A stretch of DNA of 52,795 bases from a virus. Taxonomy: Duplodnaviria; Caudoviricetes. Positions 32,618-42,572 of the stretch are shown piece after piece. The stretch covers positions 1 to 52,795 of IMG/VR virus record IMGVR_UViG_3300037756_000059; one strand, written 5' to 3'. The notes beneath the pieces are model-generated. The model did not search any database and had not been told where the DNA came from. It saw only the letters and a program-made list of their open reading frames with translations. The translations under genes and the position numbers were made by a program. Within the stretch, counting starts at the first letter, position 1, and each line of letters begins with the position of its first letter.

Positions 32618-33690
32618 TGAGGGTCCGGGAACCCGATCTGGATGTCGGCAAGCGCCCCGCGCACGACGGCGTCGACCTCGTCAACGGTGGCACCGCTGAT
32701 CGCTGGCAGCCGGTCGACGATGGCCTGCGACAGCGCCTCGATGTCCACCGTCTGGAGCGCGTCGAGCTGCGCCTTGAGCGCGGTGAGCGCTGGCAGCACC
32801 GACGCGACCTGCGCGTCGCGGCTGTCGATCGCGTGGGCCATGATGAGGTCCAGCATCCTGCGGGGGGCCACCGAGTTCGGGTCCCAGCCGCGCGCCGTCG
32901 CCCAGGAGCGGACTCCCGGATCCAGGATCGGCGAGCCCCAGCCCAGCGAGTCGGCACCGACGATGTCGACGAGCGCGTTGCTCAGCTCACGGCCACGGTC
33001 GGTGTTCCGAGCGGCCGCTTCCTTCATCAGTGCAATGAACTCAGCTTCGGTCATGTCCTCTTCCTCTGCGGTAGTGCCGCCAGCGATCGCTGTGCGGGTG
33101 TCCTGCCTCATGGTGTACAGCTTGTGCGCGCCCGGATCCCACTTCCGGCCGCTCCACTCGCGGTGCCCGATGTTGCGCTGCGCCGTCCAGCTCAGCTCGC
33201 GGTCCATTTCGGCGGCCAGGGCGATGGAGGCCTTGTACTGCGCGGTGGACATCGCGTGCCCGCCCGAGTACATGATCTCGACGCCGTAGGTGATGGCGTT
33301 GCCGTCCGTGTCGTCCGAGCCGGGGTTGATCTCGCTCGTGTACGGCGCGGCGCTGTTCTTGAGCTTGCTCAGCGTTGAGCTGGAGCCCCTGCCGGCCTGG
33401 TTGGCTCGGCCAGCCGCGCCCAACCAGATCTCGCCGTTGGAGCGGATGGCCCACTGGCACAGCGGTCCGGGGATCCCCTCGGACGCCCGGCCGTCCACGA
33501 ACAGGAACTTGAGGTAGGCGTCGGACTGGGCGTCGCTGCCCGTGTGGTGCCACAGGAAGCCCTGAACGGGCCCCCAGGTGTAGGGCCGGCCGCGAGTCTC
33601 CCAGCCGGGGTAGAACTTCACGGTGAAGCCCCGTGCGGCTAGACGCGACGCGACTCTGCGTAGCTCCGTCGGTGTCAGTGGTGCGGCCAC
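32614..33690 (-). CDS. Endolysin, N-acetylmuramoyl-L-alanine amidase
   Basis: GWETRG, WHHTG, PGPLC, AAGRAN.AG.G, GVE, IGHREW..RKWDPG. Confidence 0.9.
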   Translation of the reverse strand: MAAPLTPTELRRVASRLAARGFTVKFYPGWETRGRPYTWGPVQGFLWHHTGSDAQSDAYLKFLFVDGRASEGIPGPLCQWAIRSNGEIWLGAAGRANQAGRGSSSTLSKLKNSAAPYTSEINPGSDDTDGNAITYGVEIMYSGGHAMSTAQYKASIALAAEMDRELSWTAQRNIGHREWSGRKWDPGAHKLYTMRQDTRTAIAGGTTAEEEDMTEAEFIALMKEAAARNTDRGRELSNALVDIVGADSLGWGSPILDPGVRSWATARGWDPNSVAPRRMLDLIMAHAIDSRDAQVASVLPALTALKAQLDALQTVDIEALSQAIVDRLPAISGATVDEVDAVVRGALADIQIGFPDPQ

Positions 33691-33706
33691 TGCATATCTC
33701 TCCTCA

Positions 33707-34069
33707 CTACGTTTGGATGAAGAAGCTGATGAGGGTCACGAGCGTGGTCACGACAAACGCCAGCATGACCGAAGCGCCAACCACCTTGGAGTTGCTGGAG
33801 TGCGCTCGCGAGATCTGGTCGCGCAGCCCATCGACGTCGGCGCGGTGCGACTTGCGGATGTCCTCGATGTCGGTGCGGTGCGTCCGCCGAGAATCCTCCA
33901 GTGCACTGTCGTGCTGATCGAGTCGTCGGATGACGGCGTTGGTGCGATCGGAGATCAGGGCGATCGAGCCCTTGATCTCGGCTAGCGCGACCAGGACTTG
34001 GGTCTGGAACCCTCCCGGATCACCGCCAGTGGCGGGCAACGTGCTGTGGTCGTCAGGCATTCCAAGCAT
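33707..34069 (-). CDS. Coiled-coil protein with C-terminal TM helix
   Basis: 120 aa, directly upstream of endolysin. Confidence 0.7.
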   Translation of the reverse strand: MLGMPDDHSTLPATGGDPGGFQTQVLVALAEIKGSIALISDRTNAVIRRLDQHDSALEDSRRTHRTDIEDIRKSHRADVDGLRDQISRAHSSNSKVVGASVMLAFVVTTLVTLISFFIQT

Positions 34070-34087
34070 CCCCTATATCCCTATCCG

Positions 34088-35953
34088 CTAGAGCGTCCCC
34101 AGTGTGCGCACAGTTACCCACGTTCGTCCGCCAAAGTTGGGACGACTACGGTCCGGCGACTGTTCTCCTTCGTGGGCCACCTGCTCGATCATTACTCGGC
34201 GGGCCTCTCCCGTGCGCAGGTCACGCATCAGCACGACCTCAGACAGCGCCTCCAGTTGCTCAAGCGATGCCTGCCGTGCGTACGCGAAGCCCTCTCCGCC
34301 AATACTGACCCCCTGGCGGTTGCGTTCCCAGTCGTTGAGCTTGAGCGGGAAGCGCAGAAGGCGTTGCCTCCTGGTGGGCGCCGGTAGCGCCCTCAACTGA
34401 TAGTTGTTCAGGGTCGGCCCGACGGTGTCGTCGGTGTCCGACCTGTTCAGTTGGAACCGGAGCGTGAAGTGCTCCAGAGTCTGTGAGTGCTGGGCGTACA
34501 GGTCGACGTACCCGTCGATCTCGCCCAGCGTGCTTATCGTTGTCGGGTCGTGGCCGTCATGCTCGTGAAGAACCGCGACAGTGGACCCACCTGTTGCGTC
34601 CAGGCCGACCCTGACCGTCTCGATGTGCTTGTTCTCGACGGTACCAAAACGGATCCGGCCCGTGGCGATGGAGCCCGACGCGACCAGGCGCGTCGCATGC
34701 TCGCGGTAGGTGCCCGCAGACGCGACGGCGAGGTGCTCCCGTCCCTGGAACCAGAGGATGCCCTTGACGTCCCCAGCACCTGCTGCAAGGTGCTCTGTGT
34801 AGGCGAAGCCCAGTTCTCCTGCGATCTCATTGGACAGGTCCACCTTCCTCGTCGTGCCGGACGCGTGGCCCGTGTAGGCGTAGTCGCCTCGCGCCCCGAC
34901 GCTGAGCACCGCCTTGTCGCGCCAGATCAGCGGCCCCAGGGCCGTGTTGGCCTGGTCCGTCAGGGCCACGCGGAAGCCGTCAGAGGTGCCGAGCAGCAGG
35001 AAGCCGATGTAGCCCTTGAGCGCGTGGACGATCTCGGTCTCGGGGAGCTGGATGGCCACGGTGCCGGCGCTCAGAGTCGGCGTGGCGCCAGTGTTGGCGA
35101 TCTCGAAGGCGTGGACGGCCGAGCGCTCGCCCGAGTAGCCGGCGGCCCAGATGGCGCCGCCGGTCTCCGTCACTTCGACCCACTCCCAGCCGGAGTCCGG
35201 GTGCGTGTACAGCGGCGTGCCGGGCAGCGCGCCCGAGCCCGCCAGGGTCAGCTCGTAGAGTACCGGGCCGTCGGCGGCGATGATCCGGTCCTTGACCCAC
35301 CACACCTTGAGTGGGCCGGTGCCGCCCGTGTACTTGGCGGCCGGCAGGGCGGTGCCTGCGGCCTCGCCGAGCACGTAGATGTTGCCGTTGTCGGCGACCA
35401 GGAAGTTGGCCCCGGTGTACGCGAGGGAGGAGGCCGAGGCCGTGCCCGTCACGGCGGTCTCCGTCGCCCCGTCCCACACGGACAGGGTGCCGCCGTCGCG
35501 CTGGAGCAGGCGGTTGGGACCTGCCACGATCTCGATGTCGGCGTTGACCGCGTCGGGACCCAGCTCGGTGTCCTTGAGCAGGTTCACCGTGCCGTCGTCG
35601 TTGAACACCTCGACGCCCGAGGACTCGTGGAACCGGGTCTCCGAACCCTCGCCCTGGATGGGCTCGTAGTATCGGATCCCGGCGCCGCCGTAGAACGCGG
35701 ACTGTGACCGCAGCCACCAGCCCTGCAGCGACTGCTCGCCGGCCTGGTTCTGCGCGTCGAACTGCTCCTTGCGCAACTGCACGCTGGACCGCTCGTACTT
35801 GTGCTCGGGCCCGATGTCGAGCAGGAAGGGCAGGTTGCCGAAGGCGATGTCGAACTCCTCGACGTCGACACTGAACGTGCCGGACGGCACGCCGCCGGAG
35901 CCCGGCAGGGCTACGGGGATGCCCTCGGTGATGTCCCAGCTGAACAGGGCCAT
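34088..35953 (-). CDS. Tail protein, probable nozzle (tail tubular B-like)
   Basis: 621 aa beta-rich; RKEQFD....GEQSL.GWWLRSQS.F..GAG; position in tail module. Confidence 0.65.
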   Translation of the reverse strand: MALFSWDITEGIPVALPGSGGVPSGTFSVDVEEFDIAFGNLPFLLDIGPEHKYERSSVQLRKEQFDAQNQAGEQSLQGWWLRSQSAFYGGAGIRYYEPIQGEGSETRFHESSGVEVFNDDGTVNLLKDTELGPDAVNADIEIVAGPNRLLQRDGGTLSVWDGATETAVTGTASASSLAYTGANFLVADNGNIYVLGEAAGTALPAAKYTGGTGPLKVWWVKDRIIAADGPVLYELTLAGSGALPGTPLYTHPDSGWEWVEVTETGGAIWAAGYSGERSAVHAFEIANTGATPTLSAGTVAIQLPETEIVHALKGYIGFLLLGTSDGFRVALTDQANTALGPLIWRDKAVLSVGARGDYAYTGHASGTTRKVDLSNEIAGELGFAYTEHLAAGAGDVKGILWFQGREHLAVASAGTYREHATRLVASGSIATGRIRFGTVENKHIETVRVGLDATGGSTVAVLHEHDGHDPTTISTLGEIDGYVDLYAQHSQTLEHFTLRFQLNRSDTDDTVGPTLNNYQLRALPAPTRRQRLLRFPLKLNDWERNRQGVSIGGEGFAYARQASLEQLEALSEVVLMRDLRTGEARRVMIEQVAHEGEQSPDRSRPNFGGRTWVTVRTLGTL

Positions 35954-35965
35954 GAGTCAGTCCTC

Positions 35966-36313
35966 TCAGGAACCGCGCTTGTTCTTCATGTACTGCTTGG
36001 CGAACGGCCTGGCCTGCGCGGTCATCTTGCGCGCAGCCGCCTTGCGGTTGGTCTTGGCGACCGCCGAGACGGCCTTGCCGCCGGCACCGGTCTTGGCCAC
36101 GGCGGACACGGTCGAGCCGTGCGTGGCCTTGCGCGTGCTGGCCCGCTTGGCCGCCGCCTGCCGCGCGCTGGTCTTGCCGCCGGGCTCGTTGGCGTACAGC
36201 GCCTGCAACTGGCGCCGAGCCAGCTCGGAGGTGGCGTGCGTCCCGACGACGCCACCGCCACCCTTTTTGACAACCTGATACTTGGCGCCTGCGCGCCGGA
36301 TCTCCCAAGGCAT
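35966..36313 (-). CDS. Small basic protein with A/K/R-rich tail
   Basis: MPWEIRR...VGTHAT...A..QL.ALYANE followed by a basic low-complexity tail. Confidence 0.75.
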   Translation of the reverse strand: MPWEIRRAGAKYQVVKKGGGGVVGTHATSELARRQLQALYANEPGGKTSARQAAAKRASTRKATHGSTVSAVAKTGAGGKAVSAVAKTNRKAAARKMTAQARPFAKQYMKNKRGS

Positions 36314-36324
36314 GTTGTCCTCCC

Positions 36325-37437
36325 CTATGCGACCTTAGTTATGCGCATCCACGAGCCCTTGCGCACGCGGGTGGCGCTGGCGCTGGACGCGTTCTGCGCC
36401 CAGCGGAACCGGAAGAAGTTGTCGGGCGCGTCGAGTTCGACGAACCCGGTGATCGTGGTCGCCATGACCGATCCGACGCCGTTGCCGGGAACGCCCAGTT
36501 CAGTCGCCTCGTCGATGACGGTGATCAGGAACGGCGGACTCAGCGCGCTGTCCTGCCGGGTCACGACCTGGTAGCGGGAGTCGGTGATGCTGCCCGTCGT
36601 GACGGTCACCCGGAACTTGAGGTCTCCGGCCGTGGCCGCGTCCCAGAACACGCATAGCTCCACCATGTACAGGCCCACGCCGAACTTGGGGAAGGCGGTG
36701 TCGCTGACGACCAGATGGTCGTCATTCTGCAGGGTGGTCGAAGAGACCACCGACTCGTCGGCCGTCTTGTAGACGATGAACTGGTGCCCCTGTAGGGCGG
36801 CCAGCGGAACGTCCTGGATCGTGTTGTCGTCACCGTCGATGGTCTTGTTGGTCAGCGTCTGCGCCTCCGTCGTGCCGACCACTACGCCCACGCCGTGAGT
36901 GCTGGTGTCGGCCGCGTGGGTCGTCAGCGCGGCGTCCTGCACGCCCTGCTCGGTGTCAATGACGACAAGCTCGGCGTCGATGGCGGCCAGGTCGGCGACC
37001 AGGTCGGTGATCGCGGACTGCGGAACGTCCGCGAGCGTGTTGCTGCCGCCGTTGATGGTCTTGTTGGTCAGCGCCTGGGCGTTCGTGGTGCCGACGACGG
37101 CACCGGTCGCCCCGTGGGCGACGGTGGCGTCCTCGTGGTCCCGAGAGTCCTGCAGGTCCTTGCCGGTGACCATGTGCTGGAACACGGCGCCAGTGTCGTG
37201 CGACTGGCCGGCGGTGCCCTCACGCCCACGGGTCATGGTGACCGTGGTCCCAGTGATGTTGGTGACGTAGACGATCTCCTCCGACCCGGTGCCCGGATCC
37301 AGGACGGCCTTGAACGGGTAACTCGACGGGTAGCCCACTGGCGTGCTGCCCAGCGTGGCGGTGGTGGTCGCGCCGTCAACGGGCGAGGCCAGGTCGTTGG
37401 GCACGGCCACCGACGAGTAGAAGTACGATGCAGCCAC
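36325..37437 (-). CDS. Tail fibre/appendage protein
   Basis: EEIV.VT...T.TRG..GT....H..GA N-terminus; repeated HG....VVGTT.AQ.LTNKTI. Confidence 0.7.
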   Translation of the reverse strand: MAASYFYSSVAVPNDLASPVDGATTTATLGSTPVGYPSSYPFKAVLDPGTGSEEIVYVTNITGTTVTMTRGREGTAGQSHDTGAVFQHMVTGKDLQDSRDHEDATVAHGATGAVVGTTNAQALTNKTINGGSNTLADVPQSAITDLVADLAAIDAELVVIDTEQGVQDAALTTHAADTSTHGVGVVVGTTEAQTLTNKTIDGDDNTIQDVPLAALQGHQFIVYKTADESVVSSTTLQNDDHLVVSDTAFPKFGVGLYMVELCVFWDAATAGDLKFRVTVTTGSITDSRYQVVTRQDSALSPPFLITVIDEATELGVPGNGVGSVMATTITGFVELDAPDNFFRFRWAQNASSASATRVRKGSWMRITKVA

Positions 37438-37440
37438 GGT

Positions 37441-38316
37441 TCACCACTCCACGTTCATGCTCGGAGGATACTTCTGCAAGAGGCGGTCGCGCTCTTCCAG
37501 GAGGTACTGCCGGTGCAGCGTGAAGTACTCCCGCTGTACGGCCGCCGGGTCGCGTCGGGCGGCCCGGTTCTGTTGCCCGGCGGACACGGACTCGCTGCCC
37601 GCCTCGCCGGCCACCACGCCGGTCAGCATGAGGTGCGCGGCGCCGAACTTGATGGCGAGCCACGCCGACTCTTCGAGCCCCGTATCGGCGAAGGCGCTGG
37701 TGACCTGAGCGGGGACCTTGGCGTACGTCACCTGGATCGTGGTGCCCGCCATCGGCGGCTCGTAGATGTCGAGCGACTTGCCGGAGGCGAAGCTCCCGGT
37801 GTCCGCCGAGCGGTTGAAGTGCCAGCGGTCGATCTCTTCCCAGTCGCGGCTCGTGCCGCCCAGGGTCGACACCTCGACGCGGAGCACCATCTCGGCGGCC
37901 GCGTTCAGCGGGTAGCTGACGCGGCCGGTCTCCGTCGCGAAGGTCTCCTGGTCGACGGCGTAGATCGTCGGGTACACCGAGCGCACGATCCGGTTGATGG
38001 CCCCCAGAATCTTGGCCCTCGGGAAGCGTGGTGTCAGGGTGACGCGGTCGTTCTCTGCGTGCGCGGCCGCCGTGGTGGCTTGGAAGCCCCGTCCGAAGGG
38101 GGCCACCGTGCACACGCCCGTGTCGCGGTTGACGCCGGAGACGAACACCAGCTCGTCGTCGATCTCGACGATGCCGCGTGACAGCTGCGTGAACGAGGTG
38201 TCTACGGTGAAGGACAGGTCCGAGTCAGTCATGCTCGCGGTGAGCCAGGTCATCTGTCCGATGTCGATCGTGTGTCCCTGCAGTTCGCCCAGGACCTCTT
38301 CGACGATGTCCGTCAC
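37441..38316 (-). CDS. Probable head-tail adaptor (tail tubular A-like)
   Basis: 291 aa; GIVEIDDEL, GRGF..T.AAAH, P.FPR..I..AIN; context. Confidence 0.6.
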   Translation of the reverse strand: MTDIVEEVLGELQGHTIDIGQMTWLTASMTDSDLSFTVDTSFTQLSRGIVEIDDELVFVSGVNRDTGVCTVAPFGRGFQATTAAAHAENDRVTLTPRFPRAKILGAINRIVRSVYPTIYAVDQETFATETGRVSYPLNAAAEMVLRVEVSTLGGTSRDWEEIDRWHFNRSADTGSFASGKSLDIYEPPMAGTTIQVTYAKVPAQVTSAFADTGLEESAWLAIKFGAAHLMLTGVVAGEAGSESVSAGQQNRAARRDPAAVQREYFTLHRQYLLEERDRLLQKYPPSMNVEW

Positions 38317-38326
38317 GATTCCTCCT

Positions 38327-39829
38327 CTACGGCTCGGCCCGCACGAGGCGGTTCAGCGCTTCGTCCAGCGACAGGCTCGACGTCCCGGCCAGCGCGTTGG
38401 CGGCCTTGGTCGCCGACCACTGCTGGTTGGGGTGCGGGTTTCCGGCGGCCACGTTCAGTGCCCCGTCGAGCGAAAGGCCCGTGGTGCCTGCATAAACGTT
38501 CGCAGCTGCGGCATCGCTCAGGTTTGTGGTGCCGGCCAGGTAGTTCAGCGCCCGAGTCGCTGCGCCTTCGCGCGAGCGCAGGATGCGCTCGACGAGCCAC
38601 TCGCGTTTCTTCTGGTAGCCGAGCGCAGTCATGTGGATGCGCAGGCCGTCGGTGTTGTCCCACCAAGAGGCGTCGCCCTCAGCGGCGGCGTAGGCCGCCC
38701 AGTCCAGGACCTCCATGTCGGAGCGCCCGGCCGCCGTGGTCGTCAGCTTGGTGTTGTAGGCGGCGAAGGTGCCGCCCGTCCCACCGGGCGGCGTCCCGGT
38801 GCCGGTGACGTTGTCGCCCGTGGTGTTGACCCACAGGATGCGCTTGGGGCCCGGCGCCTCGTCGATGAGACCGAGCAGCCGGTTGATGTTGCCCTGGTGC
38901 ACCGTGTCCGACGTCGAGCGCACGTCGTTGGTGCCCAGCTGAACCACCCACGTGTGGGGCTCGAACTGGCTGCCGCTGGCGCCGACGAAGCGGTAGAACG
39001 ACAGCACCGCGTAGGTGCGGAACGCCGCACCTACGCCGGGGCTCCAGACCATGCGGCCGCCCAGCGCGTCGCAGATGACGCCACTGAACGCGCCGAGCAG
39101 CTCGTTCTGCAGGTCGGTGTTGAACCCGGCCTGGAGCGAGTCACCGATGGCCAGGACTTTGCCGAAGGTGGCGGTGCCCTGATCCATGAACACGAGGTTC
39201 TGTGAGAACTCGATCCACGGGTTCAGGTCCGTGGTAAGGCCCGCGTCCAGCGCGAAGTCCGCCACGCCCTCGTCGCGCCCGAAGCGGTGGGCGAAGGTCC
39301 AGCCGGTGCCAGACGCCACGCCCCTGGCGCCGACCTCGATCACGAGGCGGTCGGTGTCCAGCGCGGCCACCGACGACAGCGTCACCGTGGCGATGCGCGT
39401 GGTTTGCGTGGTGGCGAACTCCTGGTTGTTCGCGTCGTCCGTGGACACGACGGAGGTCTGGGTCTGGCCGGCGAACAGGGTGCCGCGCACGGTGCCGCCG
39501 CGCTCGTCGACGACGCGGATCACGAGCTGCAGGAAGGCGTCGGCGGTGGCGACCGACTCGTTGGTGCGCAGCACGATCGAGACGGTGCCGCTGATGGTCT
39601 GGTCACCGTCGAGCGGGTCGCTGGTGAACTGGCCGGCGATGACGTCGGTGTTGGCGCCCGTGTCCTTGGTGACCGTGAGCGCGTCGCCCGGCTTGGCGGG
39701 GTAGAAATTCGCAGTCGGCCGCAGCGCGCGCGACGCGATCCACTGCACCTGGTCGTCCCAGTTGGTGTCGAGCGCTCGGGAGATCGGCGCCGAGTTGTTC
39801 TGCGACGAGAAGTAGAGTCGTGTAGCCAT
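38327..39829 (-). CDS. Virion-module protein with SGNH/GDSL hydrolase domain
   Basis: IGDSL, LGTND, DW...DG..IH; C-terminal ALN.LAGT repeats. Confidence 0.75.
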   Translation of the reverse strand: MATRLYFSSQNNSAPISRALDTNWDDQVQWIASRALRPTANFYPAKPGDALTVTKDTGANTDVIAGQFTSDPLDGDQTISGTVSIVLRTNESVATADAFLQLVIRVVDERGGTVRGTLFAGQTQTSVVSTDDANNQEFATTQTTRIATVTLSSVAALDTDRLVIEVGARGVASGTGWTFAHRFGRDEGVADFALDAGLTTDLNPWIEFSQNLVFMDQGTATFGKVLAIGDSLQAGFNTDLQNELLGAFSGVICDALGGRMVWSPGVGAAFRTYAVLSFYRFVGASGSQFEPHTWVVQLGTNDVRSTSDTVHQGNINRLLGLIDEAPGPKRILWVNTTGDNVTGTGTPPGGTGGTFAAYNTKLTTTAAGRSDMEVLDWAAYAAAEGDASWWDNTDGLRIHMTALGYQKKREWLVERILRSREGAATRALNYLAGTTNLSDAAAANVYAGTTGLSLDGALNVAAGNPHPNQQWSATKAANALAGTSSLSLDEALNRLVRAEP

Positions 39830-40170
39830 CAGGCCGTCGCCTCCAGGGGTGCGGTGACCTCAGCGACGCGGTCCTTGTCCGGCGGCTTGTAGTCCCACTC
39901 CTTGGTGGCGTGGTACGCCTCGCCGCGCTCGTTGCTCGCGACTTCGGCCATGTCGATGTCGCGCTGCAGCGTGGTCCGTGGCTGGATGCCCTGCGCGCGC
40001 AGCGCGCGGTACTTGTCTAGGCGCCTCTGGAAGCCGCGCGAGCGCGAGTAGTCATGGCCCACAACGGAGTTGCCGGCCATGATCGTGGCGCCCTTGTCCT
40101 GCAGGCACTCGCCGTAGGTGGCGTGGTCCTTGGTCCGGCAGCCGGAGCTGCACTTGTCACCGAGGCTCAT
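39829..40170 (-). CDS. Conserved hypothetical protein
   Basis: CSSGCRTKDH.TYGECL, Y...RAQGIQP..T. Confidence 0.75.
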   Translation of the reverse strand: MSLGDKCSSGCRTKDHATYGECLQDKGATIMAGNSVVGHDYSRSRGFQRRLDKYRALRAQGIQPRTTLQRDIDMAEVASNERGEAYHATKEWDYKPPDKDRVAEVTAPLEATA

Positions 40171-40400
40171 TGGGCGACCCTCCACAGGTTGTAGGCGTCG
40201 AGAATGCGGTTGACGTGTTGCAGCGTGCGGGCCATGCCGCTCAGGAAGAGCTCTTCGGCCTGCTGCCGCTCGCGGTCGGTGCGCGCAGCCTTGTGCTGCT
40301 CCTCGAAGGTGCGTCGGATGTTGCGCCGCTCGGCGCAGGCACCGTCGAACGCGGTGCGGTAGTCCTTGTCGGTGCTCGATGCGAGCTTGAGCCTGGCCAT
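40167..40400 (-). CDS. Hypothetical protein
   Basis: GGAG SD, ATG 1 nt after previous stop, ATGA coupling to next gene. Confidence 0.65.
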   Translation of the reverse strand: MARLKLASSTDKDYRTAFDGACAERRNIRRTFEEQHKAARTDRERQQAEELFLSGMARTLQHVNRILDAYNLWRVAQ

Positions 40401-40401
40401 G

Positions 40402-41994
40402 TCACTCCACGGTGGGTGAGTATCCGTCAGCGATGAGTTCGGCAGCCACCCCATCGGGGATGCCCGTGTAGATGTGGCCGCCGAGGAAGTAGTCGATGCC
40501 CTCAACCCCGTCGGTGCCATCCCGGATCGTGGACTCCTCGGTGACGTAGGTGCCACCGCGCTTGACCACCGTGAGGCCCTGCCGGTAGGTGGTGAACTTC
40601 GAGAGCACCGGATCCGATGCGTACTTCGGGTGGTGTCGCGTCACGTCCGGTGGCACGAAGCGGTACGTCGCCACTGGTACCTCCTCGCTCGTAATCGTAG
40701 CGGCAAGGGCCGTTTCAACCTCGGTGACGAGGCCAAGTGAGATGGTGACGAGGCCGCCGAGCCCCATTGGTAGTGCGGTCTCAGTTTCGGCGAGGATCCC
40801 CCACGGGATGACCCTGGCGGTCGAGGTGGCGAACACGCCTTCGGTCTCGACCGGCTGCCCCAAGACCAGGCTTGTGGTCGACTTGGCCGGCAGTGCGGTT
40901 TCAGTTTCGCTGACCAGGCCCACGGCGACGGTCTCTCGGACGGCCATGGTGAAGGCCGACTCACTCTCGGCCGGCAGCCCCAAGGCGACATTGCGCAGGA
41001 CGGTTGCAGGCTGGGGCGTCTCGGTCTCCGAGATCAGGCCCAGCGCGATCACCTGGGTGCCGCCCAGCGAGACGGGCAGGGCAGCCTCGGTCTCGACAGG
41101 CAGACCCAGGGCGATGACCTTCTGGACGACGACCGGCTGCGAGGCCTCTGTCTCTGACACGAGCCCAGCCGCGACGTCCCTGCGAACCGAGGCGGCCAGT
41201 GCCGCCTCGGTCTCGGTGCCCAGCCCGAGCGCGGCGCCCTTGCGCAGCGTGGAGGCCAGCGCCGCCTCTGTCTCGGTGTTCAGGCCAAGGTTGACCGTCG
41301 TGCCGCCAGCCCCGGCCTGCAGCGTGGCGATGACCGCCCCGCCGTCGGAGGCGTCGCGGGTCGGGTTGAAGGTCTGCGAGCCGGTCCCGGTGACGATCTT
41401 GTGCTGCATGGTGACGGTGATGTTGGCGGCCGAGCCGCCGCCCGAGGTGTTCGCCCCGTTGCCGGCCGACCATGAGCCGTTCGTGGTGTCCGCGTCGTCA
41501 GTCCACGCCGCGTTGCTCTCGGTGCTCGCGCCGCCGATGACCAGGTCACCGGTCTCGGGATCGGTGCTCGTGGTCACTGATGGGTCGGCCGAGCCTGTGG
41601 CCACGACCACCGGAGTGCCGCGCAGGGTCATCGACCCACCGGAGAACTCGGAGACGACGATGGCCTTGGCGGTAACCGAGGCGCTGAGGGTCGCCGTGAA
41701 CGCGGCCGCCGACCACTCCACCGTGGTGGTGATGCCCCACAGCTCACCGCAGGTTGCCCCGGCGGCGGGGGTCCGGGACGAGTCGTGCCGCGCCAGCTGG
41801 ACCCAGTCATTCGTCTCGCCAGCCTGCTTGGCGATGCTGTTCACGCCCGGAGCGGTGAGCGACGTGTTGTCGAACCCGACCCAGACTAGGATCTGGTTGC
41901 CCACCGGCACGGCCGTCGAGAGGGTGAAGGCGATGGTGGCGTCGACGGCCTTCTCGCTGTTGCCAGTGTGGTTCTTGACGAACGACCAAGCCAT
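40402..41994 (-). CDS. Fibre/appendage protein with ten ~20-aa repeats
   Basis: Beta-rich N-domain, (LGLxxETExAxx)-type repeats, ~90-aa C-domain. Confidence 0.8.
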   Translation of the reverse strand: MAWSFVKNHTGNSEKAVDATIAFTLSTAVPVGNQILVWVGFDNTSLTAPGVNSIAKQAGETNDWVQLARHDSSRTPAAGATCGELWGITTTVEWSAAAFTATLSASVTAKAIVVSEFSGGSMTLRGTPVVVATGSADPSVTTSTDPETGDLVIGGASTESNAAWTDDADTTNGSWSAGNGANTSGGGSAANITVTMQHKIVTGTGSQTFNPTRDASDGGAVIATLQAGAGGTTVNLGLNTETEAALASTLRKGAALGLGTETEAALAASVRRDVAAGLVSETEASQPVVVQKVIALGLPVETEAALPVSLGGTQVIALGLISETETPQPATVLRNVALGLPAESESAFTMAVRETVAVGLVSETETALPAKSTTSLVLGQPVETEGVFATSTARVIPWGILAETETALPMGLGGLVTISLGLVTEVETALAATITSEEVPVATYRFVPPDVTRHHPKYASDPVLSKFTTYRQGLTVVKRGGTYVTEESTIRDGTDGVEGIDYFLGGHIYTGIPDGVAAELIADGYSPTVE

Positions 41995-42012
41995 CGCCCA
42001 CTCAACTCCTCG

Positions 42013-42513
42013 TTATGACGATCTCCAGAATCCGGCGGCGTTGGGCTGCAAGAGCACGTCGTTGCCGTCCGGCGTGAGCGTCACGGCGTACGCGCACACC
42101 GGGATGATCGCGGAGTCGGCGGACCCCGTGTCGGGGCGGAAGCAGAGCAAGAACTTGCCGACCGCGTTGCCCGCATACGCCGTGTACGTAACGTCGGGCA
42201 AGTCCAGATCAAGCCGGTTGTTGGTGTCGTCGGGCGCTGGCACTGCGGCCAGATCGGCCTCCGTAAGCACCTTGCGCGTCTGGTTGGTCTGCTCATTGCT
42301 GGCCGCCGTGAGCAGGGCAGCGAGGTCGTCGTAGTTGTTGAGCGTGTCGTCGGCTTCGATGCCCGTGGTCTCGATGGGCACGAGGACGAACGCCGCGTTG
42401 GCGGTCGAAGTGAACTGCCCGGCCGTGGCGAGGACGAGGCTGTTCTCGACGGCGTAGTAGTAGTACTTCAACGCGCCCCTGGCGATGTTGAATACGAAGT
42501 CGGAGCCAGCCAT
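42013..42513 (-). CDS. Hypothetical structural-region protein
   Basis: 166 aa; VFNIARG...DDTNNR...TPDGND. Confidence 0.75.
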   Translation of the reverse strand: MAGSDFVFNIARGALKYYYYAVENSLVLATAGQFTSTANAAFVLVPIETTGIEADDTLNNYDDLAALLTAASNEQTNQTRKVLTEADLAAVPAPDDTNNRLDLDLPDVTYTAYAGNAVGKFLLCFRPDTGSADSAIIPVCAYAVTLTPDGNDVLLQPNAAGFWRSS

Positions 42514-42539
42514 GGCCTCTCACCTTCCGTTGGGGTCAG

Positions 42540-42567
42540 GCGGGTGGCGCCCGAGAGCGCCACCCGC
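42540..42567 (-). terminator. GC-rich hairpin (terminator or mRNA stabiliser)
   Basis: GCGGGTGGCGC/GCGCCACCCGC 11-bp stem; no U tract. Confidence 0.5.
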
Positions 42568-42572
42568 ATTGA

